A stretch of 64,000 bases of DNA from Spirochaetota bacterium. GTDB taxonomy: Bacteria > Spirochaetota > UBA4802 > JAFGJZ01. Position numbers and translations under genes: made by a program. The stretch lies in the NCBI GenBank assembly GCA_027858855.1, contig JAQIBV010000030.1, positions 44,644 through 108,643 on the forward strand, read 5' to 3'. The notes beneath the pieces are model-generated. The model was not told where the DNA came from and searched no databases. It saw nothing but the letters and a program-made list of their open reading frames with translations. Shown here piece by piece: positions 1 through 9,870 of the stretch. Positions within the stretch are counted from its first letter, which is position 1. Each line of letters begins with the position of its first letter.

Positions 1-1
1 G

Positions 2-1486
2 ATGACCGAGAACGCCAAGAAGTATAAGGTTGCCTATACTGGTAAGAATGTGCGCTTCAAAATTATGGGGACGGAGTATGAAGTGGGAGTCCATACTGCC
101 GATGTTAATGGCGTTACCTATTATCTACTCGATCACTACGAACTCTTCGATGGACTCTATTGGGGGGTTACTTCAGAAGAGAAGCTTCGCAGGCGCATTG
201 GATTTGCCCGTGCCTGTGCAGAGGTTATATGCACCTTCGGTCTACAGCCATACTTCACCTTTACCAATGATGCTTTTGCGGCACTCTTCAGCGGTATTGT
301 CAGAAGTGATCCTAATTATAGTCTGCACCCATCTTTTGCAGAAAACACCTATCTGCATATCATCCATAATGGAGGCTGGCAGTATTTTGATGCCTACGAA
401 CGCTTTGAAAAGGGCTTTGATCTTTTTTCACTGTTTAATCTTGAGGGGTGGAAGGCTGGTAATTTTCTTGATCCTGTACATGGCAATCGCATTAACTGCA
501 TGGCTGCCGGTGTTCGTTTTTCGGATCGTGTAATTACGGTTAGCCCATCCTATGCTCGTCAGATCGAGTATCAGAGTGATGGACTGGAACATATTCTTTC
601 AAACGTGCTGGGAATCAGTAATGGAATTGGTGATGATCTTTATACCCGCATTAAATACCGGTTTGATTCAAGCGGATTTATAGAACGCAACTACAAGGGC
701 TTCCGAAAGGCTGTTCGAGCAGATAAAAAGCTTACAGCTCTTATTCAGAAGCGTTATCCTGAAATTCTGGAAGGTATAAAGGCTGTCGAGTCGATAGCGG
801 ATGAAAAACGATGCTATATAGTCAGCCGTGTGATGTATAAGATGCTGCTTCAGTTTGAACGCGGTCTTTATATCGATCCGGATAAGGTTCTGTTTTGTAT
901 GATTCACCGTATAACCGAGCAGAAAGGTTATCAGCTTCTGCTTGATACTTCCGAGGGGATATTCAAGACTCTCGAGATGCAGGGGGTAATGGGTGGATCT
1001 GTTTCAGCCGGTGATAATTCCGGGGACACGATAGCTCACGGACTATGGTTGTTGAGCCAGTATTATCCTAAAAGTGCAGATGTAGCTATCGGTTTTCAGG
1101 ATGTCAGTGTTCCTCTTATGGCCTCCGATATCTTTTGTATGCCGTCCATGAATGAGCCGGGTGGTATTTCACAGCTTGAAGGCTTTTTATGTGGTTGCCT
1201 GCTTGTTGCCCGTGCCACTGGGGGGCTTCGTGATACAGTATTTCCGATTCGTAAAAACGGTGATGTCATTGAAGGTAACGGTTTCCTTTTCTCTGACTAT
1301 TCGGGCTGGGCCTTTTACGATGCGATGGAGCGTGCTGTAAACTTTTTCCGTGAAAACGATGAAGATACAATATATAAAGCTCGAATGAATGCATGTAACA
1401 GTGTATTTTACTGGGATATTGCAGCCCGTCAATACCTCGAAAATATCTACAACATGAAAGAGATTGTTCGCGTTATTGATCAGTAG
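2..1486 (+). CDS. glgA: Glycogen/starch synthase (GT5), 5'-truncated by the window edge
   Basis: GT5 motifs ITVSPSYARQI, RITEQKG, MPSMNEPGGISQL and RATGGLRDTV. The N-terminal KxGG motif is not in the window. Confidence 0.8.
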   Translation: MTENAKKYKVAYTGKNVRFKIMGTEYEVGVHTADVNGVTYYLLDHYELFDGLYWGVTSEEKLRRRIGFARACAEVICTFGLQPYFTFTNDAFAALFSGIVRSDPNYSLHPSFAENTYLHIIHNGGWQYFDAYERFEKGFDLFSLFNLEGWKAGNFLDPVHGNRINCMAAGVRFSDRVITVSPSYARQIEYQSDGLEHILSNVLGISNGIGDDLYTRIKYRFDSSGFIERNYKGFRKAVRADKKLTALIQKRYPEILEGIKAVESIADEKRCYIVSRVMYKMLLQFERGLYIDPDKVLFCMIHRITEQKGYQLLLDTSEGIFKTLEMQGVMGGSVSAGDNSGDTIAHGLWLLSQYYPKSADVAIGFQDVSVPLMASDIFCMPSMNEPGGISQLEGFLCGCLLVARATGGLRDTVFPIRKNGDVIEGNGFLFSDYSGWAFYDAMERAVNFFRENDEDTIYKARMNACNSVFYWDIAARQYLENIYNMKEIVRVIDQ

Positions 1487-1922
1487 CAGAAATCGAAAAG
1501 GGGATAAGGCGGTTAATTACTGTTTCAACAGTGCGGTATTCTTCATCACCATCTTTTTCAGGTAATCCGCCGATTGTGATTTCGGCAGTGCGCTTTCTTA
1601 CAGTTATATTCTGAATTCTACCAGATCCACCCTCTATCATGGGGGTGGAGGGGCTTTCCTCATCCGGTAACTTAAACCCGAAAATTTCGATTCGAATATG
1701 GCCTCCAATAAACAGAGTTTTCACTGGCGATTGCAGAATTTTACGAAAAACAGGCGGTTCATAGACTAGTCTGAGTGTGAGCTTTCTGTATTCACCGTAC
1801 GATATGAACGAGTTTTTGAAATTCATTAGTCCAAGTGCGTTTATCCACTCCTGATAATAGGAGATCTGCCGATTAAAAATAATTTTATAAAAAAAACGAA
1901 CTGCCGCACTTGATTGATTCAT
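1473..1922 (-). CDS. Hypothetical protein
   Basis: 149-aa ORF filling the gap after glgA, purine-rich RBS-like sequence upstream, no motif recognised. Confidence 0.5.
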   Translation of the reverse strand: MNQSSAAVRFFYKIIFNRQISYYQEWINALGLMNFKNSFISYGEYRKLTLRLVYEPPVFRKILQSPVKTLFIGGHIRIEIFGFKLPDEESPSTPMIEGGSGRIQNITVRKRTAEITIGGLPEKDGDEEYRTVETVINRLIPFSISATDQ

Positions 1923-2026
1923 GGTTTCTTCCTGTTTATAACGGCTTTGGGATTACTTTTGATACCGGGTAGCAAGAGCTATTGTCAACTAGGAAGTTAA
2001 GAATTGGTCGTAAAACGTGTAAAAGC

Positions 2027-2067
2027 GCCAGACTATTTCGCTTTGAGGATAGCGCAAATAGTCTGGC
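2027..2067. repeat. Hairpin repeat family A core, reverse orientation
   Basis: gccagactatttcgctttgaggatagcgcaaatagtctggc. Its core is the reverse complement of the tatttgcgct..c.t.aaagcgaaa unit at about 4763 and 47416. Confidence 0.75.
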
Positions 2068-2229
2068 TTATTAATGAAAATTCCGAAATAAAGGGTATAT
2101 TTCCCTGATGCCGGTGGATCTTAACTATACAGATAAAAATCCCGAGATTTAATTATTTATTGACAATATGTCGCTATATTTTTCAGTGACATCTGTTGTT
2201 TCTGGTATACAGAAAACAAGGAGAACCTT

Positions 2230-2655
2230 ATGTTTATACGAAAATCAAAAATTGAGATGCTGATTCAGAAAGAGCGGCAAAAAGAGTTTGCCCGGTCAAC
2301 GGCTGAATATGACAAGATGCTCAAGAAAACTGCTTCCGAGCTTACACAAAAGCATGAGACTGACCTGAAAGAGATAAAGCGTCTTTACGATAAAGATATT
2401 AAAAGCAAACAACAGGAAATTATTCAGCTAAGACAGGAATTAAGTAAAAACCATGAGCTTTATCAGCGAATTCGCCAACGGGAACTGGAGCTTGATAATC
2501 TGAGTGCCAGCTTCGATACTGTATTAAATGAAATGAACATTAAGGTGCAGGAGTCGATTCAACCCTTTTACCGAATACGTGCAAAGATAGAGACAACCAA
2601 GCGTATTTCTGATAAACGTGATAATAAGGTGCAGTCTATCTTTCAGGCTATGTAA
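2230..2655 (+). CDS. Hypothetical coiled-coil protein
   Basis: aggaga RBS; K/E/Q-rich heptad-like sequence. Confidence 0.7.
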   Translation: MFIRKSKIEMLIQKERQKEFARSTAEYDKMLKKTASELTQKHETDLKEIKRLYDKDIKSKQQEIIQLRQELSKNHELYQRIRQRELELDNLSASFDTVLNEMNIKVQESIQPFYRIRAKIETTKRISDKRDNKVQSIFQAM

Positions 2656-3202
2656 CGGTGTCGGGCCATTTGGAAAGCGAACCAATCAGAGAGGCTTCTT
2701 CAAATGTAATGCCGTTTTCCCGCATGTTTCGAGCCAGAAGTTCTTTTGCTCGTGATAAACGTGACTTGACCGTACCGACTGAAACTCCTGTTTCGATTGC
2801 GATCGATTCATAGCTGAATTTTCTGTAAAAGTAGAGGATAAGCACTTCTGCATATTCATCTGGCTCTATGGTTAGCATCATATCAAGAATCTCTTCCCGG
2901 GCGCTGTTTTTCACAAACTTTTTTTCCGGGTCTTCGCTTTCTCTGCTGTTTTGCGGAATTAACCTCTCGGCTCTTTCGTTGTTCCGGTACAGATCGTTAC
3001 AGTAGTTGATTACAATTCTTTTCAACCATGGGTAGAAAAGATCTTCCGAGCGCAGTTTTGATCGGTTGTCGTAAGCACGCAGCATTGCCTCTTCAAGGGC
3101 ATCTTCAGCATCAAAGCTGTTCCCCATTTTAAGGTTGGCAATCTTTAGCAGTGCCATTTTGTATTTTAATGCTTCATTGAAAAAATCTTCTTTGTTTAAC
3201 AT
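2648..3202 (-). CDS. ECF-type RNA polymerase sigma factor
   Basis: Region 2 DAEDALEEAMLRAY...WLKRIVIN; region 4 SYESIA...VGTVKSRLSRAK. Confidence 0.9.
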   Translation of the reverse strand: MLNKEDFFNEALKYKMALLKIANLKMGNSFDAEDALEEAMLRAYDNRSKLRSEDLFYPWLKRIVINYCNDLYRNNERAERLIPQNSRESEDPEKKFVKNSAREEILDMMLTIEPDEYAEVLILYFYRKFSYESIAIETGVSVGTVKSRLSRAKELLARNMRENGITFEEASLIGSLSKWPDTVT

Positions 3203-3532
3203 TCGAATCGTCCTGAATGAATTATTGACAGATCTGTCTTTACCCTCTTGTGGGAATAACAGTATATAGGTCCAAACTATAGTAATTTAGCCATCGCTCT
3301 TTTATGTTTTTACCAGACAGGAATACAAGAAAAATTTTAATCACAACTTTTCGCCTGCTATTTTCCTCATCTCATACTTTAGTTCAGGTCTGGTTTTTTT
3401 AAAATAGTTGCGCTCGATACCGGAAATACATAGTTTTGAAACAGTTGATCTTCTTAATGAAGGCTTGGTTGTTATAAATATTTAATACCTGATTTATAAT
3501 ATGATCAAAAAAACGGATGTTCAGGATATAAA

Positions 3533-4609
3533 ATGGTGTCAGTGACAGTCGTAGTTCCAACTTATAAAGAGGCTGAAAATATTCCAGTCCTTGTAAAAAG
3601 GCTTTGTGCTGCATTTGCTTCGAGCCAGCATAATTGTTCAATAATAATTGTTGATGATAATTCCCGTGATGGTACGCAAAATATTGTAACGAATCTTTCG
3701 TCGGAGTATCCGGTTAAGTTGCATTTACGTGAAAAGGAGCGTGGGCTCTCTTCGGCTGTTTTAGCTGGCTTTGAACGTGCAGATGGTGAGATTTTTGTCT
3801 GTATGGACGCTGATCTCTCACATCCGCCTGAAAAGGTAATCGAAATGTGTGACATCATTAGTAGCGGGGAAGCTGACTTCGTTATAGGAAGCCGTAATGT
3901 TCCTGGCGGTTCAGCCGACAGTTTTAATTTTTATCGCCGGAGCAATGCCTTTCTCGCACGTATGCTGGCTTTTCCACTTGCCAGAATCAGTGATCCAATG
4001 GCCGGTTTTTTCGCCTTTCGGTCGCAACTATATACTACTGACCTGATTTCACAATTGAATCCGGTTGGTTGGAAGATATGTCTTGAAATACTTGTAAAAA
4101 TGAACCCGGGGAAAGTGCGAGAAATTCCTATAATCTTTGAAGAGCGTCTGTACGGTTGCAGTAAATTATCTTTTAAGGAACAGATAAATTATCTTATTCA
4201 TTTGAAACGGCTCTATTGTTACAAGTTTAAGGGAATAGCCCGCTTTGCTGTTTTTTCTCTTGTTGGTGCGTCTGGGATTGCTGTTGACCTGGGTGTTGTT
4301 TACGGGGGTGTTGAAATTGTCGGTGTACCTTTTAAATTTTCACGTATAGCGGGGATTGCGTCAGCTATGACGACAAATTACCTCTTAAACCGTTTTTTCA
4401 CATTTGAAGAGCGTCCGGCGCGCGGTTTTTTTCTTGCCTATTTGGGATTTGTGATTGTATGTTCTCTGGGAGCCCTTCTTAACTGGCGCGTCTCTCTCTA
4501 TTTTCATGATGTGATGTCGCTTCATTACATGCTTGCATCCTTAATCGGAATCATCGCTGGTACTTTAATCAATTTTTCGGGTAGTACTTTGTTGGTTTTT
4601 CGAAAGTAG
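3533..4609 (+). CDS. Polyprenol-phosphate glycosyltransferase (GT2, DPM1-like) fused to a GtrA-like membrane domain
   Basis: VVVPTYKE, IVDDNSRDGT, MDADLSH and DPMAGFF motifs; four hydrophobic segments at the C-terminus with NYLLNRFFTF. Confidence 0.88.
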   Translation: MVSVTVVVPTYKEAENIPVLVKRLCAAFASSQHNCSIIIVDDNSRDGTQNIVTNLSSEYPVKLHLREKERGLSSAVLAGFERADGEIFVCMDADLSHPPEKVIEMCDIISSGEADFVIGSRNVPGGSADSFNFYRRSNAFLARMLAFPLARISDPMAGFFAFRSQLYTTDLISQLNPVGWKICLEILVKMNPGKVREIPIIFEERLYGCSKLSFKEQINYLIHLKRLYCYKFKGIARFAVFSLVGASGIAVDLGVVYGGVEIVGVPFKFSRIAGIASAMTTNYLLNRFFTFEERPARGFFLAYLGFVIVCSLGALLNWRVSLYFHDVMSLHYMLASLIGIIAGTLINFSGSTLLVFRK

Positions 4610-4654
4610 AGCAGATAAATAATATTGGGAATCTCTAATAATTAGCTTTTTTAA

Positions 4655-4909
4655 AGGAACTTGCGAAAAATTCCTTTAAGCTAAAATTTTGCGCTGTCCT
4701 TAAAGCGCAAATATTTTAGCGCTTTTTCGAGCGTTGCGAGAAAAATTATCAATAAGCAGAAATATTTGCGCTATCCTTAAAAGCGAAAGATTTCTGCGTT
4801 TTTTCGAGCCCTGCGAGAAAAATTATCCTTAATAGGCACTTTAACAGTGTAACCTTCTGAAATTTAGAAATTTTTTTAAAAATTCTTTGGTAATTTTACG
4901 AAGTTCCCT
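4655..4909. mobile_element. MITE-like element (family A) containing two tandem ~77-bp hairpin units
   Basis: Imperfect inverted ends aggaacttgcgaaaaa / ttttacgaagttccct; internal duplicated unit; homologous segments at 27268, 28724, 33185 and 47314. Confidence 0.65.
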
Positions 4910-4928
4910 AGTGTTTAACGGTATTATT

Positions 4929-5789
4929 ATGAAAAATTATGATTACCCCCTGATTCTTGAAGGTGGAGGTTTGCGCTGTACTTTTACGGCCGGTATTCTT
5001 GAATATTTTCTTAAAAATTCAATTCAATTTTTAAATGTGTATGGTGTATCTGCCGGCGCCGGTGTTGCTGCAAGCTATATCTCCGGTCAACGGGGACGTA
5101 ATTTTCGTGTGAATGTTCAGATGCCCTCTGACCCGCGTTTTGCCGGTTTTCGCAATTTTTTCAAAGAGGGCTCTTTTTTTGGAATGAATTTTCTGTATAA
5201 TGAAATACCTAACAAAATTGATCCCTTCGATTATGAGACCTATTTCTCTACTCCTGTTTCTTTCACAGTAGTCGTTACTTCACTGGATACTGGTAAGCCG
5301 GTATATCTAACAAATAATAAAAATGATAAAAATTATGCAATGAAACTTTTGACAGCAAGTGGAAGCATTCCGCTGCTAGCCCCACCAATCGAAATAGATG
5401 GTTCCTGGTATTATGATGGTGGAGTCGGTGACTCTATTCCTTTAGATCAAGCGTTGGAAACATACGATAAAGCTGTTGTTATTCTGACCCGTAAGCGTGG
5501 TTACCGGAAAAAAGCACAAAAGATGAAGCCATACATTAAGTACAAATTCAGACACTTTCCAGAATTTGCTCAAGCTTTGATTTCGCGTAACGATAAGTAC
5601 AATTCGCTTCTTGATAAAATTGATCTTCTTGAGAAACAGGGGCGAATTTTTGTTATCGCCCCAGAAAAGCCGGAACTGATCGTAGGGCGTATGGAGCGTA
5701 AATTTCTACGTCTTGAAGCCTTTTATAATTATGGTCATGAACTTATTTCCGAACGCTACTCAGACCTGCAAAACTTCCTTCAATCGTAA
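4929..5789 (+). CDS. Patatin-like phospholipase
   Basis: LEGGGLR, GVSAG (catalytic Ser) and DGG motifs. ATG at 4929 is preferred because the upstream extension lies in the repeat. Confidence 0.9.
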   Translation: MKNYDYPLILEGGGLRCTFTAGILEYFLKNSIQFLNVYGVSAGAGVAASYISGQRGRNFRVNVQMPSDPRFAGFRNFFKEGSFFGMNFLYNEIPNKIDPFDYETYFSTPVSFTVVVTSLDTGKPVYLTNNKNDKNYAMKLLTASGSIPLLAPPIEIDGSWYYDGGVGDSIPLDQALETYDKAVVILTRKRGYRKKAQKMKPYIKYKFRHFPEFAQALISRNDKYNSLLDKIDLLEKQGRIFVIAPEKPELIVGRMERKFLRLEAFYNYGHELISERYSDLQNFLQS

Positions 5790-6147
5790 TATGCAGCTTC
5801 TTCTGGTTTCCACTGATGAATAGCAGGATAATTACATCAGGTAACTTCGGAAATTTACAAGCTTTTAGAATGCAACCCTGTTGAAAATCCAATTATTAGA
5901 GATTGCCATCATTAAAAAAACTTTCGGGTAACACGGATATTTTTATATGCGTTATAACCCTGGTATTTTGTTTGCTATCACATTCATCATGGTGTATATT
6001 GGGTAACAGATATTAAAAGAGGGACTTTTTGAAACCATTATTTTACAAAGTCGCTTGCTCAAAACTCCTTTTTGATAATGGGGTAGCGGACAAACGACTC
6101 TAAGTAAAGAGATTTTCCGGAGTGCCCTGAAATAAAAGGAGAAACTG

Positions 6148-7251
6148 ATGAGCAATACTGTTTGGTGGGCTTTTGACGAGGTCGAAAATTTTATGTATGA
6201 AGGTTTCAGAGCAATTGGTGTTCCCGAAGAGGAGGCCACTGTTTGTGCTGATGTTCTTATCACCGCAGATAAACGTGGTATAGATTCGCATGGAGTCGGC
6301 AGGTTTAAGCCGATATATCTTGATCGGATTTGGGCCGGAATTCAGGAGCCAGTTTCCAATGTTGAGGTAGTCAGTGAAACCGAAACAACAGCTGTAATTG
6401 ACGGCCATAACGGCATGGGGCATTATATTGCAAAACGTGCCAATGAGATGGCAATTGAAAAAGCCAAACAGTCGGGTGTTGGCATCGTTGCTGTCAGAAA
6501 CTCCACACACTACGGGGCGGCCTGCTACTATCCGCTGATGGCGGTAAAGGAGGGTTGTTTCGGATTGACTACGACAAATGCACGCCCTTCGATTGCACCA
6601 ACATGGGGCGTCGAAAATATGCTTGGAACAAACCCCATGACATGGGCCTTCCCGACGGATGAAGACTTTCCTTTCGTACTCGATTGTGCAACATCAGTAA
6701 CCCAGCGTGGAAAAATTGAGTATTATGGTCGCATGGATAAGGAGCTACCATCAGGTTGGGTTATCGGACTGGATGGTAAATATAGAACCGACACGAAACA
6801 GGTTCTTACCGACCTGACACAGGGAAAGGCTGCGCTTACACCGCTAGGTGGTCTTGGTGAGCTTACTGGCGGTTATAAAGGTTATGGTTATTCTATTGTA
6901 GTTGAAATTCTTTCCGCTGCATTGTCAGACGCTTCATTCCTGAAGTCGTTAAACGGATTTGATGAAAGTGGAAAGAAGATTCCGATTCTTCTGGGGCATT
7001 TTTTCATGGTAGTTGACATAAGCCGTTTTTTGCCGGTGGAACGTTTCAAGAAGATAACTGGAACCATGATGCGTGATCTTCGTTCATCACAAAAGGCTCC
7101 CGGATCTGACAGAATATTCACGCCCGGCGAAAAAGAGTACGAGGCCTGGGTTTACCGTAAGGACAAAGGCGTGCCTTTCAACGATGCGTTGATAAAGTCA
7201 TTTACGGAAGTAAAGGAAAAACTGAATATTAATATAGAGTTACCGTTCTAA
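6148..7251 (+). CDS. Ldh_2 family (malate/L-lactate-type) oxidoreductase
   Basis: RGIDSHG, RNSTHYG, LGTNP, VLDCATS and GYKGYG motifs; aaggag RBS. Confidence 0.9.
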   Translation: MSNTVWWAFDEVENFMYEGFRAIGVPEEEATVCADVLITADKRGIDSHGVGRFKPIYLDRIWAGIQEPVSNVEVVSETETTAVIDGHNGMGHYIAKRANEMAIEKAKQSGVGIVAVRNSTHYGAACYYPLMAVKEGCFGLTTTNARPSIAPTWGVENMLGTNPMTWAFPTDEDFPFVLDCATSVTQRGKIEYYGRMDKELPSGWVIGLDGKYRTDTKQVLTDLTQGKAALTPLGGLGELTGGYKGYGYSIVVEILSAALSDASFLKSLNGFDESGKKIPILLGHFFMVVDISRFLPVERFKKITGTMMRDLRSSQKAPGSDRIFTPGEKEYEAWVYRKDKGVPFNDALIKSFTEVKEKLNINIELPF

Positions 7252-7424
7252 GTGCAATTCGACTGTTAAAGTAGAAACTGCTTTCTCCCCGCCTCTGGCG
7301 GGAGAAATATTACAGTTCGACTATTGAAGTAACAACTGCCTTCTCCCCGCCTCTGGCGGGGGAAATAGTGCAGTTTGACTATTGAAGTAACAACTGCTTT
7401 CTCCCCGCCTCTGGCGGGGAGAAA
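7251..7424. repeat. Three tandem 58-bp units, each with the REP-like palindrome CTCCCCGCC-TCT-GGCGGG (family B)
   Basis: Period 58 (gact at 7261, 7319, 7377). A solitary copy of the palindrome lies at 24522-24564. Confidence 0.9.
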
Positions 7425-7467
7425 AATCACGATTCTAATTGATGAAACAATCTGTTTCGGAGGATGA

Positions 7468-9756
7468 ATGAAGACTAAGACACCCCGAGTCTGTCTTATG
7501 CTAGAAAAGATGGACAATGGAGAGACCTTTCTTGATGCTGTGTGGAAGAGTACTATCCATGAAGCTGTTGAGTCGGGTATTAACCTTGTCGTTTTCGTTG
7601 GTCAATTCGTTGGTACTCCAAGCATTGAAGAGGTTGCTCAGTCATCAGTTTTCAAACTGGTGAACTCTTCTGTTTTTGACGGATTCGTAATTTGCGGTTC
7701 GGCATTTAACCAGATGGACAAGAATCTTCTTTCCGTTATCCGAACAGAACTGCCCTCCATTACCGGTGTGGTAACATCACATCCAATACCGGGACTCAGT
7801 TCGGTAATTGTTGACAATGAAAGCGGTTTGCGCGATATGATGCGTCACCTTATTGACGATCATGGATACCGGCGAATTGCCTTTATCAAGGGGCCGGCTA
7901 ATAATGATGAAGCCGAATCCCGTTTTAGGGTCTGGCACGAAGAGGTAGAGCGTGCCGGGTTGCCAGAGAGCCTTCAACTTGTTGTGCAGGGACACTTCAA
8001 TGCACGCAAGGCTCCCCAAGCTTATTCGGATCTATGTGCCCTACCTGGCAAGATGCCCCGGGCGGTAGTTGCCTGCACCGACAGTATGGCTCTTGATATT
8101 TATGAGCGCTTAATTGCTGACGGATATCGAGTGCCAGAAGATGTCGCAGTAACCGGTTTTGATAATATCGGACGCGGGCTTTACGTTTCATGTCCGCTTT
8201 CTACTGTGCACCAACCCATTGGCGAGACAGCAGCCAGGGCCGTACAGCAGCTTTTGCACGAGATTAAATTCGGCGATGGTGCGGTTGATATCGCGCTACC
8301 ATCCACTGCTGTGTATCGCCGCAGCTGTGGTTGTCATCCGAATTCACTGGGCGGAACAAAAAGCGAAGATCCTCTTCCCAGTCTTGATGCCGACTCTACG
8401 ACTATTGAATCAATTCTGCAGTCGCAGTCTGTCGGTTTGGATGATATCGTATCGATACGCAGGTCTATTTCGGGTATGCATCAGAAATACTGGAATGTGC
8501 TGGAGCTTCTTGAACTTTTTAACTCATTTGTAAGGGCTACCGCTGTAATAAAATCGGTTCAGGAATTATCGCCCATTTTACATCACTGGTTACCCCGTTT
8601 CGGAATTACTAAATTCTGTCTGGGGGTCTGTGCTTCAGAGTCTGGCGGCTTTACATCTTTCAGCGTGCAGCCGATCGAGAATAAGTTGCTGGTTAATCCA
8701 CCGGATAAATTTCTGCTTATTGCTGCCAACCCAGTCCCCGAAGGTGCAGTCGAAGGTAAGACCGTATACTCAGCCGAAAAGCTTGCCCCTGGTGGCTGGT
8801 TCGAAAAGATCGACGGTACTCCATTCGTCTGTTTCCCTCTTACGGTTGGTGAAAACTGGTATGGCCTGGTTCTTCTTGAAATTTACGGCGATGACTCTAT
8901 ACTCTTTACCGGCATACAGAACCATCTCGCTACGATACTGGACCGAGAGTACAATCTTGAAAAGACTCTAAAGATGGCAATTGAAGAACAGACTCGAACT
9001 TATAGTGAGCATGAGAAGCTGAATGCTCTCTCCTCCCTGGTTCGCGGTATGGCACACGAAATGAATACCCCGTTAGGTAGTGGTATTACAAGCAGTTCCT
9101 ATCTGTCAGAACAATCAAAGTTGTGCGTCGAGGAACTTGTTTCTGGTAAAATCAGCCGTCAAACACTGGAAGAACTTTTATTTGGCGTCAGCGATGCATC
9201 TGGAATAATTAGAAATAGTTTCAATCGTATCACTCAACTGGTGAACACCTTTAAAGAGATTGCAGTTACCGAATCGGTCAAGTCTCCACAGAGCTTTGAT
9301 CTGGCTTCATTAATTCGCAGACATGTAGGTATGAAGTTTCGATATCTGGAAAATAATCGTATATCAACACATTATGACATGCCTGAAACGGTTGAGGTCT
9401 ACTCATACTCAGACACCTTCTGTAAAATTATTGATCAGCTGTTGAATAATGTGGTGCAGGGCAACCTTGAAAGTCAGAAAGACTGCGTGGTGTCTATTTC
9501 ATTGCAGCCAGATATAACAAATCCCGAATTTTTATTGCTTACAGTTGCTGATGATGGTGTGGGAATAGCTGATAAAGAGCTTCCGCATATTTTTGAGCCA
9601 TTTTTCACAACCTGGCGTACCCGTGGCCATTGCGGTCTGGGACTGCACATCGTCTGGAATCTGGTTAAGCATCTGCTATTGGGAGACATTCATTGTAGAT
9701 CCGAAATTGACGAGGGAACTTCTGTTGTAATTAAATTCCCTGTTTCTGTTGTTTAA
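7468..9756 (+). CDS. Cytoplasmic histidine kinase with an N-terminal LacI-type ligand-binding domain
   Basis: VDNESG, GYRRIAFIKGP, VPEDVAVTGFD, LSTVHQP and RRSCGC (LacI sensor fold); AHEMNTPL H-box; DDGVG, FEPFFTT, GLGL. No transmembrane segment seen. Confidence 0.88.
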   Translation: MKTKTPRVCLMLEKMDNGETFLDAVWKSTIHEAVESGINLVVFVGQFVGTPSIEEVAQSSVFKLVNSSVFDGFVICGSAFNQMDKNLLSVIRTELPSITGVVTSHPIPGLSSVIVDNESGLRDMMRHLIDDHGYRRIAFIKGPANNDEAESRFRVWHEEVERAGLPESLQLVVQGHFNARKAPQAYSDLCALPGKMPRAVVACTDSMALDIYERLIADGYRVPEDVAVTGFDNIGRGLYVSCPLSTVHQPIGETAARAVQQLLHEIKFGDGAVDIALPSTAVYRRSCGCHPNSLGGTKSEDPLPSLDADSTTIESILQSQSVGLDDIVSIRRSISGMHQKYWNVLELLELFNSFVRATAVIKSVQELSPILHHWLPRFGITKFCLGVCASESGGFTSFSVQPIENKLLVNPPDKFLLIAANPVPEGAVEGKTVYSAEKLAPGGWFEKIDGTPFVCFPLTVGENWYGLVLLEIYGDDSILFTGIQNHLATILDREYNLEKTLKMAIEEQTRTYSEHEKLNALSSLVRGMAHEMNTPLGSGITSSSYLSEQSKLCVEELVSGKISRQTLEELLFGVSDASGIIRNSFNRITQLVNTFKEIAVTESVKSPQSFDLASLIRRHVGMKFRYLENNRISTHYDMPETVEVYSYSDTFCKIIDQLLNNVVQGNLESQKDCVVSISLQPDITNPEFLLLTVADDGVGIADKELPHIFEPFFTTWRTRGHCGLGLHIVWNLVKHLLLGDIHCRSEIDEGTSVVIKFPVSVV

Positions 9757-9870
9757 TAGAAAAAAGGTTGCTCAAAATAGTAGCATAGTTAGTCAGGGAT
9801 TAGAGTATGAGATGTACAACCATCCTAAGTATTGGCTTCAAGTTCTTGAAACTTAAAATCCATTAACATA

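Noticed and set aside
4677-4827. CRISPR or tRNA in the ~77-bp duplicated unit
   Set aside because: No spacers, cloverleaf or T-loop; it is part of dispersed family A.
7251-7424. CRISPR array
   Set aside because: The segments between palindromes are near-identical rather than unique spacers, there are only three units, and no cas genes are present.
7266-7517. 83-aa ORF with repeated PARGGE, also seen in ORF 24518-24811
   Set aside because: The peptide repeats are translations of the family B DNA palindrome; no independent evidence of coding.
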